A DNA stretch of 39,694 bases. Source: Thiobacillaceae bacterium. GTDB taxonomy: Bacteria > Pseudomonadota > Gammaproteobacteria > Burkholderiales > Thiobacillaceae. Positions 13,064-21,266 of the stretch are shown here, piece after piece. Below the pieces are notes generated by a model. That model searched no databases and was not told the origin of the DNA. It saw only the letters and a list, made by a program, of their open reading frames with translations. The position numbers were made by a program, and so were the translations under genes. Position 1 is the first letter of the stretch; each line of letters opens with the position of its first letter. The stretch is from positions 1-39,694 of the forward strand of contig JBKBRS010000002.1 in the NCBI GenBank assembly GCA_046292095.1. Direction: 5' to 3'.

Positions 13064-13894
13064 ATGGCCGCTATCCAGATGGCCTCCGGGCCCAACGTCG
13101 CCGCCAACCTGGCGGAGGCCGAGCGGCTGATCGGCATGGCCGCCGACGCCGGCGCCAGGCTCATCGCCCTACCCGAGTACTTCGCCATCATGGGGCTCAA
13201 AGACACCGACAAGGTGAAGGTGCGCGAGCAGCCGGGCAAGGGGCCGATCCAGGCCTTCCTCGCCGCGCAGGCCAAGCGGCACGGTGTGTGGCTGGTGGGC
13301 GGTTCGGTGCCGCTCGACTGCGGCCATCCGAAAAAGGTCTACAACAGCTGCCTGGTCTACAATGACAAAGGTCGGCTGGTGGCCCGCTACGACAAGATCC
13401 ACCTCTTCGGCCTGTCGCTCGGCAACGAGCAGTACCGGGAAGAGGCGACCATCATGCCCGGCAACCGCGTCGTGGTGGTGGAGACCCCCTTCGGCCGCAT
13501 GGGGCTGTCGATCTGCTACGACCTGCGCTTCCCGGAGCTTTACCGGGCGATGGGCGTGGTCGATTTCATTTTGGTGCCCTCGGCCTTCACCGCCACGACG
13601 GGCAAGGCCCATTTCGAGACCCTGATCCGCGCCCGTGCGATCGAGAACCTGGCCTATGTGATCGCCCCCGCCCAGGGCGGCTATCACCTCTCCGGCCGGG
13701 AGACCCACGGCGACACCATGATCGTCGACCCCTGGGGCAACGTGCTCGACCGGCTGCCGCGCGGCTCCGGCGTGGTCACCGCCGGGATCAACCGCAGCTA
13801 CCAAGAGAGCCTGCGCTCGAGCCTTCCGGCCCTCAAACACCGCACCCTGAACTGCGGCAACGAGGGCGTGGTCGAAGTCGTCAAGGCCAACTAA
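13064..13894 (+). CDS. Carbon-nitrogen hydrolase (Nit/nitrilase superfamily amidase)
   Basis: E-K-C triad contexts 'ALPEYF', 'YDKIHLF', 'LSICYDLRFPE'. ATG 13064 (MAAIQMASGPN) is preferred because the upstream 54 codons of the track ORF are low-complexity. Confidence 0.9.
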   Translation: MAAIQMASGPNVAANLAEAERLIGMAADAGARLIALPEYFAIMGLKDTDKVKVREQPGKGPIQAFLAAQAKRHGVWLVGGSVPLDCGHPKKVYNSCLVYNDKGRLVARYDKIHLFGLSLGNEQYREEATIMPGNRVVVVETPFGRMGLSICYDLRFPELYRAMGVVDFILVPSAFTATTGKAHFETLIRARAIENLAYVIAPAQGGYHLSGRETHGDTMIVDPWGNVLDRLPRGSGVVTAGINRSYQESLRSSLPALKHRTLNCGNEGVVEVVKAN

Positions 13895-13909
13895 CCCCTC
13901 CACTTTATC

Positions 13910-15355
13910 ATGACCGACACCGCCGCCCTGTTCGCCACCGCCCAGTCCACCCTGCTTACCCCCAACGACCTGGACACCCCCCAGGTCGAGTCGGTCTTCG
14001 GCCTGCTCGCCGCCCACCGGCTGGACGATGCCGACCTGTACTTCCAGTACACCCGCTCCGAGGCCTGGAGCCTGGAAGAGGGGCAGGTCAAGTCGGGCAG
14101 CTTCAACATTGACCAGGGGGTTGGGGTGCGCGCGGTGGTGGGGGACAAGACGGCCTTCGCCTATTCCGACGACATCTCGCTGCCGGCCATCCGCCAGGCG
14201 GCGCTCACCGCCCGCTCCATCGCCCTGACCGGCGGCGAGGCGCGGGTGCAGGCGGGGGTGCCGGTGCAGGGTCGTAGCCTCTACGCCCCGCTCGACCCGC
14301 TCGCCTCGCTCACCGAGGCCGAGAAGGTGGCGCTGCTGCACCGGCTGGAGGACTACGCCCGCGCCCTCGACCCGCGCGTGATCCAGGTCATGGCGAGCCT
14401 CGCCGGCGAGTACGAGGTCATCTTCGTCGCCCGCCTGGACGGTCGGCTGGCCGCCGACGTCCGGCCCTTGGTCCGGGTGTCGCTGCAGGTCATCGTCGAA
14501 CAGGACGGCCGTCGCGAACAAGGTACAGCCGGCGGCGGCGGCCGCTTCGACTATGACTATTTCACCGACGACGTGCTGCGCGACTATGCCGAGCGCGCGG
14601 TGAAGCAGGCGCTCACCAACCTGGAGGCGCGCCCCGCCCCGGCCGGGACCATGACCGTGGTCCTGGGCGCCGGCTGGCCAGGCATCCTGCTGCACGAGGC
14701 GATTGGCCACGGCTTGGAGGGTGACTTCAACCGCAAGGGCTCTTCCGCCTTTTCCGGCCGCATCGGCGAGCAGGTGGCCGCCCCCGGGGTGACGGTGGTC
14801 GACGACGGCACCCTGCCGCTCAAGCGCGGGTCGCTCAACATCGACGACGAGGGAACGCCCACCCAGTGCACCGTGTTGATCGAGAACGGCATCCTCAAGG
14901 GCTACATGCAGGACAGCCTCAACGCGCGCCTGATGGGCATGGCGCCCACCGGCAACGCCCGACGCGAGTCCTTCGCGCACCTGCCCATGCCGCGCATGAC
15001 CAACACCTACATGCACGCCGGCCGGCACGACCCGCAGGAGATCATCGCCTCGGTCAAGCATGGCCTTTATGCGGTCAACTTCGGCGGCGGCCAGGTCGAC
15101 ATCACTAGCGGCAAGTTCGTCTTCTCCGCGGCCGAGGCCTACATGATCGAGGACGGCCGCATCACCTATCCGGTCAAGGGGGCCACCCTGATCGGCAACG
15201 GCCCCGACGTGCTCACCCGCGTGTCCATGATCGGCAACGACCTTGAGCTCGACCCTGGGGTCGGCACCTGCGGCAAGGACGGCCAGAGCGTGCCGGTGGG
15301 GGTGGGCCAGCCCACCTTGCGCGTCGATGGCCTCACAGTGGGCGGCACGCATTGA
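13910..15355 (+). CDS. tldD: Metalloprotease TldD
   Basis: 481 aa, 'HEAIGHGLE' zinc motif, full-length similarity to TldD. Confidence 0.97.
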   Translation: MTDTAALFATAQSTLLTPNDLDTPQVESVFGLLAAHRLDDADLYFQYTRSEAWSLEEGQVKSGSFNIDQGVGVRAVVGDKTAFAYSDDISLPAIRQAALTARSIALTGGEARVQAGVPVQGRSLYAPLDPLASLTEAEKVALLHRLEDYARALDPRVIQVMASLAGEYEVIFVARLDGRLAADVRPLVRVSLQVIVEQDGRREQGTAGGGGRFDYDYFTDDVLRDYAERAVKQALTNLEARPAPAGTMTVVLGAGWPGILLHEAIGHGLEGDFNRKGSSAFSGRIGEQVAAPGVTVVDDGTLPLKRGSLNIDDEGTPTQCTVLIENGILKGYMQDSLNARLMGMAPTGNARRESFAHLPMPRMTNTYMHAGRHDPQEIIASVKHGLYAVNFGGGQVDITSGKFVFSAAEAYMIEDGRITYPVKGATLIGNGPDVLTRVSMIGNDLELDPGVGTCGKDGQSVPVGVGQPTLRVDGLTVGGTH

Positions 15356-15409
15356 GGGGAACAGCGCACTGCCGCCGCAGGTGCTGGCCCCAACCGGCCA
15401 CGTAAGTCT

Positions 15410-16402
15410 TCACCCGGATCGTTCGACAGCGGGCACGGCCGCCCGGGCCCCGTCCGACGGGAAGAGCCGCGGCACCCATGCCAGATAGGCGAGCATGCCC
15501 AGCAGCTCCACCAGCGACTGCAGCACGATCACCACGGCGGCGGCCTCCCAGCCCGCCGGCAGGGTCAGGGCGAAGGGCAGCACGACGAAGGAGTTGCGCG
15601 TGCCCAGGGAGTAGGCCAGGGTGCGCCCCTGGGCCGCAGGCAGCCGTGCCACACGCGCGGTGGCCCAGGCCAGACCCAGGGCGGCGAGCAGAAAACCGAC
15701 GAACACCGGCAGCACCACGGGCGTGAGATGCAGGGCGTCCATCACCGCGCCGACCTGGGCGGCGGCGATGAGGAAGACCACAACGGCGAGCAGCGGCACC
15801 GGCCACCAGGCCAGGCGCTCACGCCAGGCGGTCCGCGCGGGCCGGGCCTCGACCCAGCGCTCGGTCAGCGCCGCCATGGCGAGCGGCAGGCCGACGATGA
15901 ACAGGGTCGGCCAGACCTGTTCCAGTCCCAGGTTACCGGCCAGCTCGGCGCGCGCCATGAGCCAGAGATAGAGCGGCAGGAGGAGCAACTGCAGGAACAG
16001 GTTGGCGGGTGTGACGGCGATGGCGCGTGGCACGTCGCCCCGCCCCAGCTGGCTGAAGGTGGTAAACCAGTCCGTGCAGGGCACCAGCAGGACCAACAGT
16101 ATGCCCATACGCAGCACCGGGTCGTGGGGCAGGAACTGGACCAGGCCCCACACCAGCAGAGGCAGCAAGATGAAATTCCCCGTCAGCACGGCGGCGACGA
16201 AGCGATGGTCGCGAAAGGCCTCGGCCAGGTGCAGCAGAGGCACCTGCACGAAGGTGACATAGAGCAAGGCCACCAGGGCCGGCCAAAGCAGTTTGGTAAA
16301 CGCCGGGCCGGCCGCCGGGACGGCTGAGCCGATCGCCAGCCCCAGCCCGATCGCCACTAGGTAGATCCAGACCTGGTGGCGTTCCAGGGTCAGTCTGTCC
16401 AT
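15410..16402 (-). CDS. ACR3/BASS-family (arsenic-resistance-like / bile acid:Na+ symporter fold) permease
   Basis: 330 aa polytopic membrane protein. 'LLVLLVPCTDWF', 'VTPANLFLQLLLLPLYLW' and 'TRNSFVVLPFAL' resemble the arsenical-resistance-protein-like family. Confidence 0.8.
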   Translation of the reverse strand: MDRLTLERHQVWIYLVAIGLGLAIGSAVPAAGPAFTKLLWPALVALLYVTFVQVPLLHLAEAFRDHRFVAAVLTGNFILLPLLVWGLVQFLPHDPVLRMGILLVLLVPCTDWFTTFSQLGRGDVPRAIAVTPANLFLQLLLLPLYLWLMARAELAGNLGLEQVWPTLFIVGLPLAMAALTERWVEARPARTAWRERLAWWPVPLLAVVVFLIAAAQVGAVMDALHLTPVVLPVFVGFLLAALGLAWATARVARLPAAQGRTLAYSLGTRNSFVVLPFALTLPAGWEAAAVVIVLQSLVELLGMLAYLAWVPRLFPSDGARAAVPAVERSG

Positions 16403-16482
16403 GGCTGGGCTTCAGGCCCGGTCGCCTCGCTCCCGGAACGTCGGCGCTGCGGCGCACGCCAGACAACCCATCCTCACGCGGG

Positions 16483-17021
16483 TCAGTGCACCTGAAGGAA
16501 GGGATAGCGCTGGCGCAGGGCCCGATCGAGCAGCGCCACACCGGCCTCGGCGCCCAGGGTCTCGCAGGCGACGATCCAGTCGGGGTCGGCGAAGTCCGTG
16601 CGGAGGGCACCGCCGCGGGCCTGGACCAGGTCAATCAGGTGGTCGGCAACGACCCGTTCCGCCGCCTGGCTGTCCACGCGCCCCATAAGGCCGCGCCGCT
16701 CGACGCGCACGAAGAAGCGCCCCGCCCCCATCCGCGCAGCGAACGGGGTCACCGCCTCTTTCAGGCGTTCGACGAAATCCTCGGCGTGGAAGGCAAAAAT
16801 CCGCTCCACCGGCAGCAGCCGTGCCAGATACTGCGTCCACGCCTCGCGGCCTGTCGGGCCGCGGAGACGGCCTCGAGCAGGGCAGACGCGTCCTCGACGC
16901 GACCGTAACAGACGTATTTGAAGTCGGTGGCGTGAAACTCGCCCAAGCGCTTGAGCCCGTCCAACAGGGCCTTCCCGTGGCCCGGCCCCGCCCGCACGGT
17001 GACGATGACATTCCAGTCCAT
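16483..17021 (-). pseudogene. THUMP-like domain gene interrupted by a frameshift
   Basis: The N-terminal half (MDWNVIVTVRAG...LLEAVSAA) is in one frame. The C-terminal half (EAWTQYLARLLPVERIFAFHAEDF...RRYPFLQVH) is in another frame that stays open upstream. Adding one nt at about 16845-16870 rejoins them. ATG 17021 has GGAGGA 7 nt upstream. Confidence 0.6.
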
Positions 17022-17113
17022 CAGCCTGTCCTCCACGGATGCTGCATCGCAGAGGACTCCACCCTTACCCCCAAAGCCAGACCGGCAACGGGTTGTTGTC
17101 CTCTGTCTTCAGA

Positions 17114-17809
17114 CTAGCTGCAAACCAATTGGATGTCGAAGTTGAGCAGGCGCATCTCGTTGATCGTGCCGAGCAGGCCGTTCACCGCATCGCGCAGGGC
17201 GTTGGCAGGGAAAAAGTACTGACCAGTCAGCATCTCCGCCGGACACTTGAGATTGGCCACCCACAGCTCACGCCCGCCGGTCGGGAAGACCCGCTTGACC
17301 TTCGGCAAGGCGTCGACGATGTTACCGGGCAGGCTGATGACGTTGGCATAGGTCCACTGTGCGCTGGCGCTGAGCTGTTGCGCGGCAAGCCGGGGCAGGT
17401 CGTTCACCGGCGTCGGCACGTACCAGCCGGCCAGATAGGGATTGGTGACTGGGGTTGCGGCAGGGACGGGCGGCGCGGGCTCCACCACCGGGATGGGTGG
17501 AGCGGCAGGCATACCGCTGGGCGGGCCCTCCGCCGCGACGGGCGTCGCAACGGGTGGCACAGGCGGGGCAGGCTCGACACCCGACGTCTCGGGCTTGATC
17601 GCAGTCGGTGTCTGGGAGGCCGCTTTCGGCGCGACGACCCGCTTGGTCTTGGTCGTCTTGGTTTGTCGTTCGGCGCTGGGCTTCCGCGGCGAGGACTGCG
17701 GCGCGGCGTGACCGGGCAGGACGAGACACAGGGCCATCGCCAGCATGAGGCAGTGCAGCACGGGCCTATCGGGGCGCAGGGGTGGGGTCTTGGTCCGGTG
17801 TGCGTTCAT
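17114..17809 (-). CDS. Secreted protein, paralog A: signal peptide, Lys-rich and Pro/Ala-rich linker, conserved C-terminal domain ending ...FDIQLVCS
   Basis: Signal-like 'LMLAMALCLVLPGHAAP', P/A/V-rich spacer, and a 109-aa C-terminal domain 64/109 identical (hand alignment) to the downstream paralog. The exact start is uncertain. Confidence 0.75.
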   Translation of the reverse strand: MNAHRTKTPPLRPDRPVLHCLMLAMALCLVLPGHAAPQSSPRKPSAERQTKTTKTKRVVAPKAASQTPTAIKPETSGVEPAPPVPPVATPVAAEGPPSGMPAAPPIPVVEPAPPVPAATPVTNPYLAGWYVPTPVNDLPRLAAQQLSASAQWTYANVISLPGNIVDALPKVKRVFPTGGRELWVANLKCPAEMLTGQYFFPANALRDAVNGLLGTINEMRLLNFDIQLVCS

Positions 17810-17848
17810 GTCGGAATGAGGGGGCCGGGCAGCGACAGATTACACTAG

Positions 17849-17878
17849 GATGACAGGTCGGGTAACTTGCCTGTCATC
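17849..17878 (-). terminator. Perfect 9-bp hairpin downstream of paralog B (possible attenuator or terminator between the paralogs)
   Basis: GATGACAGG-12 nt-CCTGTCATC. No U-run follows. Confidence 0.35.
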
Positions 17879-17926
17879 ACGCCTCGGCCAACCGCCGCCG
17901 CCCGCATAGGGTCGGAATCTCCTCGG

Positions 17927-18640
17927 TCAACTGCACACCAACTGGATGTCGAACTTGAGCAACTGGCTGTCGTTGAGCTTGTTCAGCGCGCCGTTGATCC
18001 CCTCACGCATGGCATTGGCAGGGCCGAGATACTGCCCCGTGACCATCTCGGCCGGGCACTTGAGGTTGGCCACCACGAGGTCGCGCCCGCCGGTCGGGTG
18101 CACGGTCTTGATGCTGGGCAGGGCATCGGCGACCTTGGCCGGGATGGAGGTCAGCGCATCGCTCACGTAGCGCGCGTTCTCATTGAGCTGTCCGACCGCC
18201 ATGGCCGGCAATGCGGCAACAGGCACGGGCCTGTACCAACCGGCCAGGTAGGGGTTCTGCGTCGCGGCCGCTGGCAACGGCGCTGCCGCGGGCGCAATCG
18301 CAGTACCCGCCATCACCGGCGCCCGGGCCGCGGGTGCAGGGGCCGCCTGAGCGGCAGGGGATGGCTGCACGGGCGTCACCTGTAACGAAGGCTGAGGGAT
18401 GCCGGGAATGACACCGGGTGGCACGGACGCAACTGCCGGCCTCGACATCGTCGGTGTCGCGGCTCCCCTCTGGGTCAGGGGGGCTGACTTCAGCTTGGCC
18501 TTGACGACGGGCTTCTTGTTCGTGGTCGCCTCGTTCTTGCCGACCCGGGTGGCGGCCAGGACGGGTACGGTCAGCGCCAGCGAGAGTGCCGCTGCGAGCA
18601 GTCGGAACCCTTTGGGTGTGGGCTGGTGTGGTGCTTCCAT
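17927..18640 (-). CDS. Secreted protein, paralog B: signal peptide, Lys-rich and Pro/Ala-rich linker, conserved C-terminal domain ending ...FDIQLVCS
   Basis: ATG 18640 has GAGGAG 8 nt upstream. Signal peptide 'FRLLAAALSLALTVPVLAA'. Same architecture as paralog A. Confidence 0.78.
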   Translation of the reverse strand: MEAPHQPTPKGFRLLAAALSLALTVPVLAATRVGKNEATTNKKPVVKAKLKSAPLTQRGAATPTMSRPAVASVPPGVIPGIPQPSLQVTPVQPSPAAQAAPAPAARAPVMAGTAIAPAAAPLPAAATQNPYLAGWYRPVPVAALPAMAVGQLNENARYVSDALTSIPAKVADALPSIKTVHPTGGRDLVVANLKCPAEMVTGQYLGPANAMREGINGALNKLNDSQLLKFDIQLVCS

Positions 18641-18752
18641 GTGTCTGTCTCCTCTTGCGGTACACGCCCCTTGGACGAGCAAGGCGTCTGGTCTTACGGC
18701 GATCGCGGCGGGTCGGCCTCGATCCCTGATGTGTGCCCACCGGTTTCGGACG

Positions 18753-18790
18753 GATACAAAGTATATTCATAAATCATTTGATCCGAATAA
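18753..18790 (-). promoter_or_regulatory. AT-rich island upstream of paralog B with a -10-like TATACT on the minus strand
   Basis: 'GGATACAAAGTATATTCATAAATCATTTGATCCGAATAA' stands out in a GC-rich context. The TATACT reverse complement is at 18765-18760. It also contains the palindrome AAATcATTT. Confidence 0.3.
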
Positions 18791-18858
18791 GCCAGGTGAG
18801 TTGCGCACACTCCTTGCACACCTCGCCGCCATACCCCCGTTATTGCGGCAAGCCTCGT

Positions 18859-19608
18859 TCATTTGGCGACGGCACCGAAGACCTTCTTCAGCAGCTCGCT
18901 GGTGCGGGCCAGGGGCTCCCGGCGGATGCGCCGCTCCTCCTCGGCGATCATCTTGAATAGCCCGTCCATCGCCTTGTCCGTGACGTAACCGTCCAGATCG
19001 GTGGCCTGGCTGCCCATGAGCTGGGCATAGGGCCCGGCACGCTGGATCAGCCGCTTGTAGGCCGCGGTCACGCCGGCCTGCTCCGTTGCCTTGCGGACGA
19101 TGGGCAGGAAGCGCTCACGGATCTGGTGGGCACCGGTCTTGCGGAAGTACTGGGTGGCGGCATCGTCCGGCCCCTGCAGGATGCCGCGGGCGTCCTCCAG
19201 GGTCATCTTGGCGAGGCTGTCGCCCAGGATCGCTGCGGCCTCGGGGACGGCCTTCTCCGCGGCCTGGTTCAGGGTGGCGGCGAATTCGTCGGCCAGCTTG
19301 TCCTGCCGGAGGCTGTGCAGCAGCCGCTCCACCTTCTGCAGGTCCTCCGGCATGGGGATGCGTACGCTGGGGTTGTTGAGATAGCCCCCCGGCCTGCCGA
19401 GTTGGGCGACGGCCTGTCGGCTGCCCTGGGTCAGGGCCTCCTTGAGCCCATGCACGATCTCCACGTCGCTCAAGGCCGCGGCGGTGACGGTCCCACTCGG
19501 CGTGGTCATCAGCGACTCGGCCCGCTTGCGCAGCTGATCGAGCCAGTATGCCTGTGCGCTCATACTGAGCGACACGAGAAGACAACACAGAATGGACGCG
19601 AATCGCAT
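18859..19608 (-). CDS. DUF4197-domain periplasmic protein
   Basis: Signal peptide 'MRFASILCCLLVSLSMSAQA' and characteristic 'GLKEALTQG...YLNNPSVRIPMP...GYVTDKAMDGLFKMIAEEE..IR'. Confidence 0.85.
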   Translation of the reverse strand: MRFASILCCLLVSLSMSAQAYWLDQLRKRAESLMTTPSGTVTAAALSDVEIVHGLKEALTQGSRQAVAQLGRPGGYLNNPSVRIPMPEDLQKVERLLHSLRQDKLADEFAATLNQAAEKAVPEAAAILGDSLAKMTLEDARGILQGPDDAATQYFRKTGAHQIRERFLPIVRKATEQAGVTAAYKRLIQRAGPYAQLMGSQATDLDGYVTDKAMDGLFKMIAEEERRIRREPLARTSELLKKVFGAVAK

Positions 19609-19766
19609 ACAGGCCCTGACCCAGCACCATGCCCGGACATGGCCGTCACGATAATCCTTACCCCACGTGATGTCTATGAGGCAGATCACACCCGGTCTCG
19701 TCGGCTTGCCCGTGGCTGCGTTATAGTGAGCCGCTTATCCCGACTTCACTCGACTTGGAGAGACTG

Positions 19767-20183
19767 ATGCGAGAGAAACTGATCCCCATCCTCGTCCTGT
19801 CGACCGTGCTATTCGGCGGCTGCGAGTCGCATCCACCCCGGCATGGCGAGGTGGTGGTACGCGACCGCGACACCAGCGTGCGCATCGTCTTCAGCGACCG
19901 CGACCGCGTGATCATCCGCGAATGGTATGACGAGCGGCGTCGCGCGCTGCCGCCCGGGCTGGCCAAGAAGGGCATGCTGCCGCCTGGGCACGCCAAACGC
20001 TGGGGCCCGCGCGACACCCTGCCGCCGGGACTGGCCTGGCGCGAGCTGCCGCCCGAGCTGGAGCGGCGGCTTTCCCGCCTGCCCGATGACTACCTCCGCG
20101 TCATCGTCGGCCGCGACATCGTGTTGCTGGACCGCCGCACGCGCGTCATCCTCGACATCCTTTACGACATCGCCCTGGACTGA
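19767..20183 (+). CDS. Lipoprotein with PPGLAKKG/LPPG repeats (RcnB/CigR-like)
   Basis: Lipobox 'LFGGC', 'LPPGLAKKGMLPPGHAKRWG...LPPGL'. GGAG lies 6 nt before ATG 19767. Confidence 0.7.
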   Translation: MREKLIPILVLSTVLFGGCESHPPRHGEVVVRDRDTSVRIVFSDRDRVIIREWYDERRRALPPGLAKKGMLPPGHAKRWGPRDTLPPGLAWRELPPELERRLSRLPDDYLRVIVGRDIVLLDRRTRVILDILYDIALD

Positions 20184-20221
20184 GGCGACGACCGCAAGAC
20201 CTCGCCTACACGTGCCCGCTC

Positions 20222-21226
20222 ATGGCCACCACGACCGAGACCCCCATCGCCGACAGTGCCCCGGTACTCGACGTCTCCATCGTCATCCCCGTCTACAACG
20301 AGTATGACAACCTGCCCGACCTGGTCGAGCAGGTGGCACAGGCCATGCAGACGACGGGCGTCAACTGGGAGCTGATCTGTGTGGACGACGGCTCACGCGA
20401 TGGTTCCGACCGTCTGCTCGCCGAGCTGGCGCAGGACCGGCCCTGGCTCAAGCCTCTGTATCTGAACCGCAACTATGGGCAGTCCACGGCGATGCAGGCG
20501 GGTTTCGACGCGGCGCGCGGCGCGACCCTGGTCACCCTGGACGGCGATCTGCAGAACGACCCGGCCGACATCCCGCGCCTGCTCAAAGAGCTGGAGGCCC
20601 ACCCGGAGATCGACATCCTTTCGGGCTGGCGCAAGGACCGCCAGGACAAGACCCTGTCGCGCAAGATCCCCTCGCGCATCGCCAACTGGCTGATCTCGCG
20701 GGTCACCGGCGTCAAGCTGCACGACTACGGTTGCTCGCTCAAGCTCTATCGCCGCGAGGCCTTGCGCCACGTCAAGATCTATGGCGAGCTGCACCGCTTC
20801 ATCCCGGCCCTGGCCGGGCAGTTCGGCGCACGCGTAATGGAGCTGCCGGTCAACCACCGGGCGCGCACGCGCGGGCAGTCGAAGTACGGCATCGACCGCA
20901 CCGTGCGCGTGCTGCTCGACCTGCTATGGGTCAAATTCTTGCTGCGCTTCCTGCACCGGCCCATGCACGCCTTTGGTGGGACGGGCGCCCTGATGCTGAT
21001 TACGGGTTTTCTGATCCTGGGGGTGCTGAGCTTCGAGAAATTGTTTCTCGGTGAAAACATCGGCGGCCGGCCCTTGCTGCTGCTGGGCGTCATGCTCACG
21101 CTCATGGGGGTCCAGTTCCTCGGCCTGGGCGTGATCGGCGAGATGCTCACGCGCATCTACCACGAGCCCGGCGGCGGCAAGCAATACGTCCTGCGCGAGG
21201 CGCCACGCCCCCGCCGACAGGGCTGA
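20222..21226 (+). CDS. GT2 polyprenyl-phosphate glycosyltransferase (ArnC/GtrB/DPM1-like)
   Basis: 'VSIVIPVYNE', 'DDGSRDGS', 'DGDLQNDP' and two C-terminal TM helices. Confidence 0.92.
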   Translation: MATTTETPIADSAPVLDVSIVIPVYNEYDNLPDLVEQVAQAMQTTGVNWELICVDDGSRDGSDRLLAELAQDRPWLKPLYLNRNYGQSTAMQAGFDAARGATLVTLDGDLQNDPADIPRLLKELEAHPEIDILSGWRKDRQDKTLSRKIPSRIANWLISRVTGVKLHDYGCSLKLYRREALRHVKIYGELHRFIPALAGQFGARVMELPVNHRARTRGQSKYGIDRTVRVLLDLLWVKFLLRFLHRPMHAFGGTGALMLITGFLILGVLSFEKLFLGENIGGRPLLLLGVMLTLMGVQFLGLGVIGEMLTRIYHEPGGGKQYVLREAPRPRRQG

Positions 21227-21266
21227 GCCGGCCATCGTCGCCCTGGACCACCGAGCCGGCCGCGGG

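Noticed and set aside
13169-15352. 727-aa ORF antisense to the Nit hydrolase and tldD
   Set aside because: Same antisense high-GC artefact. It spans two well-supported plus-strand genes and their intergenic gap.
17039-18385. Plus-strand ORFs (269 aa and 172 aa) opposite the tandem paralogs
   Set aside because: They lack start context and have antisense-like R/G/H/D/Q composition. The minus-strand ORFs have signal peptides, one good SD and a conserved paralogous domain.
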